From the NCBI RefSeq assembly GCF_006345805.1, contig NC_043018.1, forward strand, positions 8,370,001-8,434,000: a stretch of 64,000 nt of DNA. Direction: 5' to 3'. The notes below the pieces were generated by a model, which was given only the letters and a program-made list of their open reading frames with translations, was not told the DNA's origin and did no database searches. A program made the translations under genes and the position numbers. Source of the DNA: Octopus sinensis (lineage: Eukaryota). How positions within the stretch are numbered: position 1 is the stretch's first letter; every line of letters starts with the position of its first letter. Below are positions 36,593 through 50,706 of this stretch, piece by piece.

Positions 36593-38330
36593 CTGGAAGA
36601 GAGAGAATATTTAGGAAGCATTTAGTCTGGGTATTTCTCTCTGCCCGTCTGTCTGTCTCTCTCTCTAACACACACACTCACATCATTCATACACACTCAA
36701 CGCATACACTTATGTATGCACACTCATAGAAGTACAAGCTAAACAACAATTATATTGATGCAAAGTGTACTAGCACGAGAGAGGATGCAAGGCCTATGGG
36801 CTCTGCCCTGGCATTCCCTTGATTAAAATATACAGAAATAAAATACATACACATGTCTATAAAGGAAGTGCTCCAGCATGGCCTTAGATGTAATGTCTAA
36901 AGCAAAACTAAAGATCTTTATACACACACACACACACACATATTTAGTGCTAATACAGATGGGATCTGTTTTCGCAGAGGCTGATCACCCTTTGAAACTC
37001 ACAACACGGTGAACTCAATAGGAGTTGGCTTAAACCCCCCACTCCAGGTGAATGCCATGGCAAGATAAAACAAGAAGACACATTTAGTCACATATACAAA
37101 TATATTTTTTAAAAGCACCATCTGAACGTGGCCGATGCCAGTACCGCCTTGACTGGCTTCCATGCTGGTGGCACGTAAAAAGCACCAATCCGATCGTGGC
37201 CGTTGCCAGCCTCGCCTGGCACCTGTACCAGTGGCACGTAAAAAGCACCTACTACACTCACAGAGTGGTTAGCGTTAGGAAGGGCATCCAGCTGTAGAAA
37301 CACTGCCAGATCAGACTGGAGCCTGGTGCAACCTTCTGGCTTCCCAGATCCCCGGTCGAACCATCCAACCCATGCTAGCATAGAGAATGGGCGTTAAATG
37401 ATGATGATGATGATGAAATAATAAGATATAGTCCTTTCTTCTAGAGACACAAACCTTTAAATTTTTAGTGGAGTGGGGTTGGTCGATTACATTGACCCCA
37501 GTGCTGAACTGGTACTTATTTCATCAACTCCGAAAAGCAAAGTCAACATTGGCGGAATTTGAACACAAAGGCAGATAAAATGCTGCTAAGCATTTTGCCA
37601 GTGTGCTAATGATTCAGCCAGCTCACTGCCTTAACAACAACACAAAAGTAATAATGATTATGATAACAATAATGCCAACAACAAGCAACAATAGTAACAT
37701 TAATAACATCCCTGGACGTAATTGAATAGAGTGATGGTTGTATCTGATCTTAAAGGTATTCTTTGTAAGCCCAATGTAATTGATCTCAATGCCATCAGTG
37801 TAATAATAAATATAATTTGTTAAGAAATAATTCTTCCACTTTTTGTGTATTAAACATTTTAGTTGTCAAGATGGAGGATCTTAAAACGTAAGATAAAGAA
37901 ATGATGATGATGATGATCATCATCATCATTGTTTAATGTCCACTGTCCATGCTGGCATGGGTTGGACAGTTTGACTGGGGACTGGCAAACCAAGAGATTG
38001 TACAGGCTCCAATATGATCTGGCAAGGTTCCTACAACTGGATGCCCTTCCTAATGCCAACCACTCTGAGAGTGTAGTGATGCTTTTTATGTTCTATCAGC
38101 ATGGGGGCTAGTCAGGTGGCACTGGCATCGACCACTCTTCAATGGTGCTTTCTACATGTGACCGGTACGAGAGCCAGTCAGGGGGCACTGGCATCGACGA
38201 TGCTCAAATGGTCCTTTTTAAATGCCACCAGCACGAGAGCCAGTCAGGTGGCACTGGCATCAACCAAACACAAATTCTATATTTGGTAATTTCTAAGTTT
38301 AACTTTATTTTCAAAGATCAAAGAACTTAC

Positions 38331-38410
38331 CTGTTGAGGTTCATCATCATCTAATGAAACAGTTTCCACATTTTCAAGCTTTTCCATATAACAAGCATTA
38401 CATCCTGTTC
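38331..38410 (-). CDS. HK: Hexokinase exon
   Basis: GTGCNACYMEKLENVETVSLDDDEPQQ; 80 nt. Confidence 0.92.
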
Positions 38411-39537
38411 CTGGAAAACACAAACAAACATTTATTAATAATTGACACTGATTGGTAATCTATGCTATATCCTTTTATTCTTTAACAGGTTTCAGTCATT
38501 TGACTCTGACCATGCTGGAGCACATATCACAAAAAAAAAAAAAGGGTCAAAAGTTGTTCCTAAGCCTTTGGCTCATAAGGCCTGTTCCCCAGATTCTGTA
38601 GCATATAAATTGCATCACTGGACAAAATGCCAGTGTCACAGGAAAACTCATTTTTCCCAGCTGAGTGGACTGGAGCAATGTGAAATGAAGTGTTTTGCTC
38701 AAAACACAATGCATCATCCTGTCCACTCATGAGCGTAACACCCTAACCACTAAGCCATGTGCCTCCAGACATACTCTTTACTCTCTCTCTCTTTTACTCT
38801 TTTATTTGTTTCAGTCATTTGACTGCGGCCATGCTGGAGCATCGCCTTTAATCAAGCAACTCGACCCCGGGACTTATTCTTTTGTAAGCCCAGTACTTAC
38901 TCTATCGGTCTCTTTTGCCGAACCGCTAAGTAACAGAGACATAAACACACCAGCATCGGTTGTCAAGCAATGCTAGGGGGACAAACACACACATATATAT
39001 ATACATATATACGACGGGCTTCTTTCAGTTTCCGTCTACCAAATCCACTCACAAGGCTTTGGTTGGCCCAAGGCTATATATATATATATATATACGATGG
39101 GTTTCTTTCAGTTTCCATCTACCAAATCCACTCACAAGGCTTTGGTCAGCCCGAGGCTATAGTAGAAGACACTTGCCCAAGGTGCCACGCAGTGGGACTG
39201 AACCTGGAACCATGTGGTTCGTATGTATATATATATAACTTTATCTGGGGCACTGGTTTGAAGAATTTTTTAGTCAAATGAATTGACTCTAATACTTTTT
39301 TCATTAATGCCTGGTACTTAATTCTACCAGTCTCTTTAATCAAATTGGTAAGTTACAGGGATATAAACAAACCAACATTGGTTGTCAAGCAGTGGTGGGA
39401 CACAAACACAGACACAAAGATATATATGTGTGTGCGTGCATGTGTGTGTATCTATGTGCATGTATGTATGTACGTACGTACGTACGTATATATGTATGTA
39501 TGTATGTACGTACATATGTATGTATGTATGTACGTAC

Positions 39538-39568
<31 letters not shown>

Positions 39569-39713
39569 TATGTGTGTGTGTGCATTTCGCAGTGGGGTGG
39601 GGGTTCTTTCAATTTCTGTCAAATCTACTTACAAGACCTTTGAAAGCCTTCAGCTTATAGTACAAGACAGTTGCCTAAAGTGCTATACATGCACATGTAT
39701 ACATTATCATTCA

Positions 39714-40260
39714 TCATTGTTCGACCGTGGTTGAGTCAATGGAATTTACTATGCCACGCCAGACTTCATGGTCTATCATAGCATTACGGAGGTCCTGTTG
39801 CTGGAAGCCTATATCCCTGGAGATTACATCAGGGTAGGAGAGTATGTGCCCTCTGGTATCGCGAGCAGATGGCTTCCAGAGGAGAAGAGTAGAAATTACC
39901 TTGTTTTCATCTCTACAACAATGTCCAGCAAACTGGACTCTTTAACTTTTCACAAGAGATGATACAGGTGGTAATTTCCCATATATTTGTACTTTGGTTG
40001 GATGACGCTTCCACGAGAGATTTTGAGCTCTCATAAGGAGGCGAGTGTAAGTTCCATCCAACCGCCTCTCAAGCTTCTTTGATAACGTCCAGGTTTCTGA
40101 GCCATAGAGTAGAATTGGTTAGACTGTGGCTTTGAAGATTTTAAGTTTGAAATCTCTACTTAGATTTGATGACCAGATCTTATGCATATCATTACAGGCT
40201 GACCAGGCCATACCCTTTCTAGTTAGAAAATCTTTTTCAGATGATGATATGTATGACCCC
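39714..40260 (-). mobile_element. RTE/RTEX LINE 3' fragment (second copy about 53436-53737)
   Basis: LLYGSETWTLSKKLERRLDGTYTRLLMRAQNLSWKRHPTK..RVQFAGHC..LLLWKP, (GAT)n-type tail. Confidence 0.85.
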
Positions 40261-40525
40261 CCCCCACACACACACACAGATGTGATGTAACACTCTCACT
40301 CACATATTTCACACCTCCACTCACCTTATGTAATTCCTACACTCAAACTCCACTCAAATGTTATATTTCCAGCTTTCAACAATCTTTACCTCCACCCACA
40401 CCATTTATTAACACCTCCCCCAAATATTCTGACATAAATTGACAAAAAAATAAAAATAGAAAAGAAATCAAATGAAATGCATCAAGAGAATGTTTGTATG
40501 TGAAGTTGTGGGCTTCATTACTTAC

Positions 40526-40625
40526 CAAGAATCAAACCAATCTCACATTTTCGGTCAGTGTGAGCAGCAGACATCAAAGTTCCTACAGCATCATTGATTA
40601 CAGCCACAACATCAATTTTCACTGG
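40526..40625 (-). CDS. HK: Hexokinase exon containing the catalytic Asp
   Basis: [33 protein letters not shown](G); 100 nt, phases 0/1. Confidence 0.93.
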
Positions 40626-41621
40626 CTGTAATTAAATAAATAAATGCAAAACTATAGAAATGAATAATAATGGTTTCTAATTATGGCACAAGGCCAGCAA
40701 TTTTTGTGGGGAGGGGGAAGGGTAAAGTCGATCGATCTCAGCAGAATTTGAACTCAGAACATAAAGACAAACGAAATGCCACTCAGCATTTTGCCAAAGG
40801 TGCTAATGACTCTGCCAGCTTACCACCTTAATAATAATAATAATAATAATAATGATAATGGTTTGAAATTTTGTCACAAGGGTAGCCATTTTGGGGGAGG
40901 AGATGAGTTGATTACATCATCATCATCATCGTTTAACGTCTGCTTTCCATGCTAGCATGGGTTGGACAGTTTGACTGGGGTCTGGGAAGCCAGGAGGCTG
41001 CACCAGGCTCCAGTCTGATCTGGCAGTGTTTCTACAGCTGGATGCCCTTCCTAATGCCAACCACTCCGTGAGTGTAGTGGGTGCTTTTTACGTGCCAGGC
41101 GGTGCTGGCAACGGCCACATTCGGATGGATCTTTTTACATACCACTGGCACTGGTATCACAGCTACAATTTCCATTGATTTTTTGATTAATTTCAATTTC
41201 ATTGATCCAAAAAGGATGCAAAGCAAAGTCAACCTAGGCGGAATTTGAACTCAAAACATAGTGATGGACAAAATACTGCTAAGCGTTTCGTCTAGTGTGC
41301 TAACGACTCTGCTAGCTCACTGCCTTAATAATGATGATGATAATAATAATAATGATAATAATAATACTAATAATAATAATAATCCTTTCTATTAAAGGCA
41401 CAAGGCCTGAATTTTCTGGGGAGTGGGGACAAGTTGATTACATCGACCCTAGTGTTTCACTGGTACTTAATTTATTGACCCTGAAAGGATGAAAGGCAAA
41501 GTCAACTAAGCGGAATTTGAATTCAGAATGTAGTGATGGGGAAACTACTGCTAAGCATTTTGCCTGGTGTGCTAACGATTCTACCAGCTTGCCACCATAA
41601 ATAATAATAATAATAATAATA

Positions 41622-42175
41622 TTCCCTGATGCAGTACCAGGCAGTGGCTCTCGCTGCTTCTGATCTTAATTGATTGGAAGTGTTATCATGTACATTGTTT
41701 TGTCTTGGTGTAAAAGATGGGCTACAGCAAATATTCTGCTCAATACCACAGATTTGCTTGTCAGTTGTTTGACCGTAACCAGTTGAGCATGTCCCTCAGT
41801 GGCTGACGATATGTGCATCTTTGATCACGAGCAGAAGTAGTGGGGGAGCATCATAGCCATGTGTTGAGAGGGATTCTTTGGGGTTTGAATAATTCACCTC
41901 AGGAAATTTGGGTGTTTCGTTCAACATCCTTAAATAACCCTTACTCAGGGACCTTTTGAGTAGGATGGGTTACTCGACCAGAAGAAAATTCTAACTGGGT
42001 CCACCTGCAAGGTCATGTTCTGTTTATCTTGATATGAGATCACCATGTCACACACATATGGTTGTGATGCATGTGCCTGGTGTAACCTTATCAGACAGGT
42101 AGTCATGATGGGTATACTGGGCTTCGCATATTTTACCCCAGAGTCACTTTGATGGCATGCACTGCTCTCTCACTC
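41622..42175 (+). mobile_element. Element embedded in (AAT)n; 5'-truncated copy at 56241-56350
   Basis: Both copies end ...gcatgcactgctctctcactc(aat)n and are preceded by (aat)n. Confidence 0.7.
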
Positions 42176-43004
42176 AATAATAATAATAATAATCATCATC
42201 ATTTAACGTCCATTTTCCATACTAGCATGGGTTGGACGGTTCGACCGGGGTCGGTAAGCCATGGAGGCTGCACCAGACTCTAGTCTGGTTTGGCAGTGTT
42301 TCTACAGCTGGATGCCCTTCCTAATGCCAACCACTCCAAGAGTGTAGTGGGTGTTTTTTACGTACCACTGGCACAGGGACCAGAGGAGGCTGGCAAACGG
42401 CCATGATCGGATGGTGTTTTTATGTAGGCACAGGGTCAAATACAAACACTCTGGAAAGTGGCTGGCATTAGGAAGGGCATCCAGCTGTAAAAGCCATGTC
42501 AAAGCAGACTGAGATTGGTGCTGTCCTCTGGTTTACCAGTTCCTGACAAACTGTCCAACCCATGCCAGCATGGAGAACAGATGTTAAATGATGATGATGA
42601 TGACGATGAAATAAATACATATTTGATTATCCTACCAAACCTAGATCATGTTTCCAGAAGCTGTAAGTGCATAAAATGATGCACACACACACAGACGTCA
42701 CCCTCATCAGTGGGTAACAGAAAGGTTATTTAGATAAAGTTACTGATTGTCTACGTACTGCCATGTCACAAACTAGAACCAGCAAACACAATCAACAGTC
42801 AAAAAGTCATTAGTTTTGGAAAAACAACGTCCTTTTTTTTAATGCAAAACTACGTAGTAAAAGAGATCAACCTTTGGAAATTTAAAGAAAAAAAACATAA
42901 CGAACTTCTGAAACGAGCATTTATAGTAATGACAGATTTAAATAGATTTCAGATATAATGATAGTATTTACCTCTAATAACGCATCATTACCTGCTATCT
43001 CTTT

Positions 43005-43315
43005 CACTCTATATCTATCTGTCTGTGTGTCTCTATCTACGTGTGTATGTATATATGTATCTATCTATCTATCTATGTATCCATCTATCAATCTATCTAT
43101 ATCTACGTATCTATCTATCTATCTAATTATCTATCTATATCTATGTATCTATCTAATTATCTATCTATGTATCTATCTATCTCTATGTATGTATGTATCT
43201 ATCTATCTATCTATATGTATCTATCTATCTATCTATCTATCTATATGTATCTATCTATCTATCTATCTCTATGTATCTATCTATCTATATCTACGTATCT
43301 ATCTATCAATCTAGC
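43005..43315. repeat. (TCTA/TGTA)n compound microsatellite
   Basis: Directly visible. Confidence 0.95.
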
Positions 43316-44130
43316 TATTTGGCTATCTCTCCCTATCTCTTCCTCCACCTCTCTACCTACCTATCGGTCAATCTATCTGTCTTTAAATGCATACATATGC
43401 GTTTCAAAAATGAAAGAAATCTAGAGTGCAAGAGATCACCTTATTCTCCTGTGTTTGAGATGTCCTTCCTTTCTAAAACATCAACTTTAGCACTTCAACA
43501 TTTGTTTATAAAAATACTCTCTCTATCTTTCTCTCTCACACACAAAAGTGGTGAATTGGCAGAGTCCTGTAAACATTTGAAAGAATTCTTTGTGACATTT
43601 GTTCTGACCTCTGTGTAGAGGTCAACTTTGTCTTTCATCATTTCATAAATATAAAACCAACAGAGGGTGGGTGGAATTGGTGAGGTTCTTAGTGTCAGAC
43701 CGGACATCTTGTGGTATCTGCTCCAACGCAGGATTGGCTGTGTGGTAAGTAGCTTGCTTACGATCCACATGGTTCCGGGTTCAGTCCCACTGCATGGCAC
43801 TTTGGGCAAGTGTCTTCTACTATAGCCTTGCACCAACCAAAGCCTTGTGAGTGGATTTGGTAGACGGAAACTGAAAGAAGCCTGTCGAATATTTGTATAT
43901 ATATATATGTATGTGTGTATATATGTTTGTGTGTCTGTGTTTGTCCCCCCAGCATTGCTTGACAACCGATGCTGGTGTGTTTACGTCCCCGTCACTTAGC
44001 AGTTCAGCAAAAGAGACCAATAGAATAAGTACTGGGCTTACAAAGAATAAGTCCTGGGGTCGATTTGCTCGACTAAAGGCGGTGCTCCAGCATGGCCGCA
44101 GTCAAATGACTGAAACAAGTAAAAGAGTAA

Positions 44131-44605
44131 CTGTGCGTCCTTGGTTCAAGTCTCACCATATACCATTAGAAAAAGATAAACAGTTACACTTTTATTAGGA
44201 ATCACAACCAAGAAATAGTATCAGATGGTATTGATGTCTTGCAAACAACTTGCACATGCAAGTGCTACCAGTCAAAAACTCCGCATACCGGAAGCCAGCA
44301 AGTGTATGGGGTCATCAGGAGAGAATGCACGCCATTTCAGGGCTTACCTCTCAACGGCATCAATGCGCACCAGCCCCCGTCACTGATATGAGGCCCCACT
44401 TGCTAGATCAGCTGGTTATCAAATAAAGCTCAATACTATTGGAAACATGTTTTGCTTATGTACACCATTTACATTAGTTGGACTAGAGCCCTCATTTTGG
44501 TTGCTATTTTCCCAGTTTTGGTTGTGTATGCTCCAACCTTCTTCAGGTGTTTTGTGATTCACCTTGCGATGCCTTGCCTGGGATTGATCTCAGAAGCTCT
44601 AGGTG
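44131..44605. mobile_element. ~470-bp interspersed element, second copy 49781-50240
   Basis: Two direct copies with the same end points in one intron; degenerate hammerhead-like motif on the minus strand. Confidence 0.75.
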
Positions 44606-45139
44606 ACTGCACTGCATTAACCAATGCCTTTATCCACTATGCTATGCCTGTAAGCAGTGACAGAGAGAATTTTTAAGGCTTACAAAACTTTCAATGAGGT
44701 CTCAACGTTGGCATCTCAGAAATACAGAATTATATTATTTCCCTTAGGAATTTCAGGGATTTCACTATAATACACACACACACTCCTAATTCCTGTGCTC
44801 TGATTCACTCCTATTCATTTCGTACCTTGAGGTGCCACCTCCACCCTCTATCATACTGAGACACCTCTTCTCCTAGCATAAACCTGACCCCTACTCCTTG
44901 GGGTTTGTAGTCATGAATGTTGCATGGTAACAGCACTGATGCTGGTGGTGTGAAAAAGCAGCCCAATATAATGCTATGCTATAAAGTGGTTGGCATTAAG
45001 AAGGGTATCCAGCCCTGGAAACCCTACCAAAGCAGACCTCACTGGAGCGCAATGCAGTTCTTGGGTCAATTGTATCTCGTCAAACTGGCCAAACAGGAAC
45101 ATGGACACTAAATAATGACGACAACAATCACCATCATCA

Positions 45140-45420
45140 CTATGGTGTTGGTTGCAGTGGTAGTGGTGTGGATGGTGGTAGTGGTGGGTATGGTGGTAGT
45201 GGTGGGGATGGCAGTAGTGGTGGGGATGGTGGTAGTGGTGGGGATGGTGGTAGAGTTGGGGATGGTGGTAATGGTGGGTGTGGTGGGGGTGATAGTGGTG
45301 TGGATGGTGGTAGTGGTGGGGACGGTGGTAGTGGTGAGGACGGTGGTAGAGTCGGGGATGGTGGTAGAGTTGGGGATGGTGGTAGTGGTGGGGTGGTGGT
45401 AGTGATGACAGTGGTGGCAA
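45140..45420. repeat. GGT-rich 18-bp minisatellite
   Basis: Unit about gtggtagtggtggggatg. Confidence 0.9.
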
Positions 45421-48400
45421 TAATAATAATGACAATGACAATATACTAAGAAAGAAACTGAACAGATTATAAAACAAAGCAATAAAACTAAAGCTTTACT
45501 AAAACAACCACTTGAGAGATTGTGGAAAGTCCTAAATAAGTGAACTAGTTTTTTTTTTAATTACACTTTATCACAGAGACTGGTGAGCAGGTGCGTGTTT
45601 ATGTGTGTTGAACATCTGTGTTAGCATGTGAGAGAGCGAATGCTTGCATATATGTGTGTGTGTTAATGTGTATGAGAGTGAATATGAGTGTGTATGTGTG
45701 TTTGTGTAAGCATGTGTTTATAAGTGTGTGTGGTCAAAAACCAGGCCATGATCATATCAAATACAGGTCACCGTTAACCATTAGATGGTTAAAAACCTAC
45801 AAAAATAGCAGCCAAACACTCCCTCAGATCCACACTAACCTGTCTTAAAAATGGGACATATTACATTAAAAGAGAACGTTTTAAATGGAATGATCATGTC
45901 TAGAAAGTTCTACTCAGTTGGGTCTGACCATGGGCTAAACCACTACAACTACACGGCCTAAACCACTACAACTATAATAGTATGAGTCAACATTAAATAG
46001 CAGTCAAATCTCCCTCAAACTGTAGCCTACTGCCAGGGTGGGGATACCCCTGCCCACAGGTGCTATTGTACCTGCAAGTCCACTTTATTGCACCCATAGG
46101 CTGGTATATTCGTTTGTACAAAATATAATTAATTTTTCAATTATAAAATTTATACAATATTCATATGCCTCTTTGCAACATAGGTCGCATTTCCACTACG
46201 ACTTAAAATGGTTAGACTTGAACAGAAAATCATCTGGCAATTGCTATTTGAATGGAAATTTTGCTTTCCTTATAAAACATATATTGCTAAGTTTGTACCA
46301 CCCCCTTCAGACCCAACTACATTCTACCTGGAAAATATGGAATATCGCATAAGGCGCAGGAGTGGCTGTGTGGTAAGTAGCTTGCTAACCAACCACATGG
46401 TTCCGGGTTCAATCCCACTGCGTGGCATCTTGGGCAAGTGTCTTCTGCTATAGCCTCGAGCCGACCAATGCCTTGTGAGTGGATTTGGTAGATGGAAACT
46501 GAAAGAAGCCTGTTGTATATATGTATATATATATATATATGTGTGTGTATGTGTTTGTGTGTCTATGTTTGTCCCCCTAGCATTGCTTGATAACCGATGC
46601 TGGTATGTTTACGTCTCCGTCACTTAGCGGTTCGGCAAAAGAGACCGATAGAATAAGTACTGGGCTTACAAAGAATAAGTCCCGGGGTCGATTTGCTCGA
46701 CTAAAGGCGGTGCTCCAGCATGGCCGCAGTCAAATGACTGAAACAAGAGTACAAGAGTATAAGTAATATAAATGTCCTAAATTCAGTGGTGGTTTTAATG
46801 AAGATGTTATGCGTTAAGTTAATGAGTTAAACTTATCTTTATAATGTAGATCTAATTATACATACATATATACAAGATTTACACAGATATATATTTCTTT
46901 ACTACCCATAAAGGGCTAAACACAGAGGGGACAAACAAGGACAGACAAACGGATTAAGTCGATTACATCGACCCCAGTGAACTGGTACTTAAGTTATTGA
47001 CCCCGAATGGATGAAAGGCGAAGTCAACCTCAGCGGAATTTGAACTCAAAACGTAACGGCAGACAAAATACCATCAGTGGTTGATGTTAGGAAGGGCTTT
47101 CAGCTATAGAAACCATACTAAAGAAGACAATGTAGCTTAGTACAGTTTGTTGGACCCTGTTAAACCATCCCACCCATGCCAGCATGGAAAATGGACATTA
47201 AATGATGATGATAACGATGATGGATGATGATGATGATAATACCTGTCAAAAAGACATGATGCTCATATTTGGAATGCTTTTGTATCCAAATTGACTCATT
47301 CAGAGCTGACCAAAGACCAAACAACAACAATTTGAACCCTTATTTCTTCTCCCTATCATATCTATTTTTTTACTACCCACAAGGGGCTAAACACAGAGAG
47401 GACAACAAACGGATTAAGTCGATTATATCGACCCCAGTGCGCAACTGGTACTTAATTTATCGACCCCGAAAGGATGAAAGGCAAAGTCGACCTTGGCGGA
47501 AATTGAACTCAGAACATAACGGCAGATGAAATACCTATTTCTTTACTACCCACAAGGGGCTAAACACAGAGGGGACAAACAAGGACAGACAAAGGGATTA
47601 AGTCGATTATATCAACCCCAGTGCGTAACTGGTACTTATTTAATCGACCCCGAAAGGATGAAAGGCAAAGTTGACCTCGGCGGAATTTGAACTCAGAACA
47701 TAACGGCAGACGAAATACTGCTAAGCATTTCGCCCAGCATGCTAACGTTTCTGCCAGCTCACCGCCTTCTTCTCCCTATCATATCATTGAATTGTTTTTC
47801 GGTTGATTTTCTTTTTCCTGTTTGTTTCAGATTTTCAATTATCACAAGAATCTATAAATAGCATTTTTATATATTTTATTTGTTTATATATTTATTTAGT
47901 TATCTATTTACTCATTAACTTTTAATACTTATTTATCTAAAAATAACTACAAAAACATCCCTACCAAACATAATGTTTGTATTAAACAGCAACCTTTGAT
48001 CCAGAAATGCTAGAATCATTTTATTTCAGTCATCAGTTTACCATTTTTGCTTTTAAATATCAATTTGGACTCAGGTGGCAAACTGATAGAATTGTTAACA
48101 TCTTGGACAAAATGTTCAACAACGTTTCATGTTTTTACATTCTGAGTTCAAATTCCACCAATGTCAACTTTGCCTTTCATCCTTCCAGGGTAAATAAAAC
48201 AAATACAAATTGTAAACTGGGGTCATTGTAATCCACTTACCCACCTCCCCTGAGCTTGCTGGCCTTGTGCTAAAACTTGAAACCAATATTAATTTGGATT
48301 ATACTTTATTCTGTCTTGTCTTTATTTTCTTAAACAAATGTCCAGCATTCAAGGTGGTGCTCCAGCATGACCACAGTCAAATGACTGAAAAAAGGAAAAA

Positions 48401-48753
48401 GGATAATACCATCATATGCTAATTACCATTCTATTCTTTAAACCCATTTCTTAAACTCCTCTCTCTTCCCTACCTTCTGTCTTTATCTCTTCCTTTCGCT
48501 GCCCCTTCTCTCCCTCTCTGAGCTTTAGACTCTCTCTTTTTCACTCTCATTTTACTCGTTTCAGTCATTTGACTGCGGCCATGCTGGAGCACCGCTTTTA
48601 GTCGAGCAAATCGACCCCAAGACTTATTCTTTATAAGCCTAGTACTTATACAATCGGTTTCTTTTGCCAACCCGCTAAGTTACGGGGATGTAAACACACC
48701 AGCATCGGTTGTCAAGCGATGTTGGGGGGACAAACACATACACACACATATAA

Positions 48754-48832
<79 letters not shown>

Positions 48833-50487
48833 TACGACGGGTTTCTTTCAGTTTCCGTCTACCAAATCCACTCACAAAGCTTTGGTCAGCCTGAGGCTAT
48901 AGTAGAAGACACTTGCCCAAGGTGCCACGCAGTGGGACTAAACCCAGAACCATGTGGCTTGTAAGCAAGCTACTTACCACACAGCCACTCCTGGCGCCTA
49001 TATATTATAAATTTTTCCACAAGAATATTTCTAATGAAATACAATGTTTCCATGTTTCAAAGTTCGAAAATAGTGGAAAAAAAAAATCATCACCATCACC
49101 ATTTAACATCTACTTTTTCATGTTTGCGTGGGCTGAATGAAAGTTATTTCAGCAGATTTTTCTACGGCTGGATGCCCTTCCTCTCACCAACTCTTGCATG
49201 CCACCAAATAAAGTAATGTTTTCCCCATGACCAAACATGTCTTTTAAATAATACATGTAACTTCTACTAAATGTTTAGAGTGCTTTTTTCTTTCATTTTT
49301 CCATTCACTTCTATATATGTGTGTGTGTGTGTAAATGCACATACACACACATACACAAAGGGCTTCTTTCAGTTTCTGTCTACCAAATCCAATCACAAGG
49401 CTGGAGTTATAGTAGAAGAAACTTGCCCAAGATGCTATATGGTGGGACTGGAGCAACAGCCACGGGTCATAGGATTTAGTAAAAAAAAAACAAAATTATT
49501 CATTAATCTGATGCCGGAAACATAATTGAACCGTAACTGAACAAAAGATTCTTATGTAAGCAAAATCATGGTTTAAGGGCTTTTCTTTTTTTTAAATATG
49601 AATGTGAATACTATGAAGTTGGTAGTTTTGGATCATTGAAACCGGAATAGTCTCAAGACATAATGGTACCAACCTGTGAAAAGTGCACCATGTCCAATAT
49701 TACAATAGCCTGACTGAAACCACCACCACTGATAATAACAACAACAATATTCGTTTCTACTATAGGCACAAGGTCTAACTCTGCATCCTTGGTTCAAGTC
49801 TCACCATATACCATTAGAAAATGATAAACAGTAACACTTTTATTAGGAATCACAACCAAGAAATAGTATCAGATGGTATTGATGTCTTGCAAACAACTTG
49901 CACATGCAAGTGCTACCAGTCAAGAACTACGCATACCGGAAGCCAGCAAGTGTATGGGGTCATCAGGAGAGAATGCGCGCCATTTCAGGGCTTACCTCTC
50001 GACGGCATCAATGCTCACCGATATGAGGCCCCGCTTGCTAGATCAGCTGGTTATCAAATAAAGCTCAATACTAATGGAAACATGTTTCGCTTATGTACAC
50101 CATTTACATTAGTTGGACTAGAGCCCTCATCTTGGTTGCTATTTTCCCAGTTTTGGTTGTGTATGCTCCAACCTTCTTCAGGTGTTTTGTGATTCACCTT
50201 TTGATGCCTTGCCTGGGATTGAACTCAGAAGCTCTTGGTGGGGAGAGGGATAGTCGATTACATCAACCCCAGTACTCAACTGGTATTTATCTTATTGACC
50301 CTGAAAGGATGACAGGCAAAGTGGACCTCAGCAGGATTTGAACTCAGAACATAAGGTCAGATGAAACACTGCTAAGCGTTATGTCCTCCGTGCTAATGAT
50401 TCTGCCACTACACGGCCAGTGCCGTACATATTTGGTGACAAAAGAGAATAAAAGCATTTAGGAATTATGAAATCATTGAAAACTTAC

Positions 50488-50706
50488 TGTTGCTTTGACT
50501 AAAGCCTGTTGAAGAAGCTGACAAACATCTTGACCAATTACACCCTCACAACGGAAACCTTTTGTCCATTTTGACAGACGAGCAGAGGCAAGGCCATCTT
50601 GTACGAGGGGAAAGGAAAATGTGAATCCAAGGCAAAGTGATCTTTCCTTCTCCAGTCCAGTAAAGTGAATGAAATTAGCGACACAATTGGCCACATGTCC
50701 AAACAA
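50488..50706 (-). CDS. HK: Hexokinase exon, sugar-binding motif
   Basis: LFGHVANCVANF...LGFTFSFPLVQDGLASARLSKWTKGFRCEGVIGQDVCQLLQQAL; 219 nt, phases 0/0. Confidence 0.95.

Noticed and set aside
44974-45482. His-, Thr-, Val- and Gly-rich ORFs
   Set aside because: All frames of one GGT-rich minisatellite; no splice or homology support.
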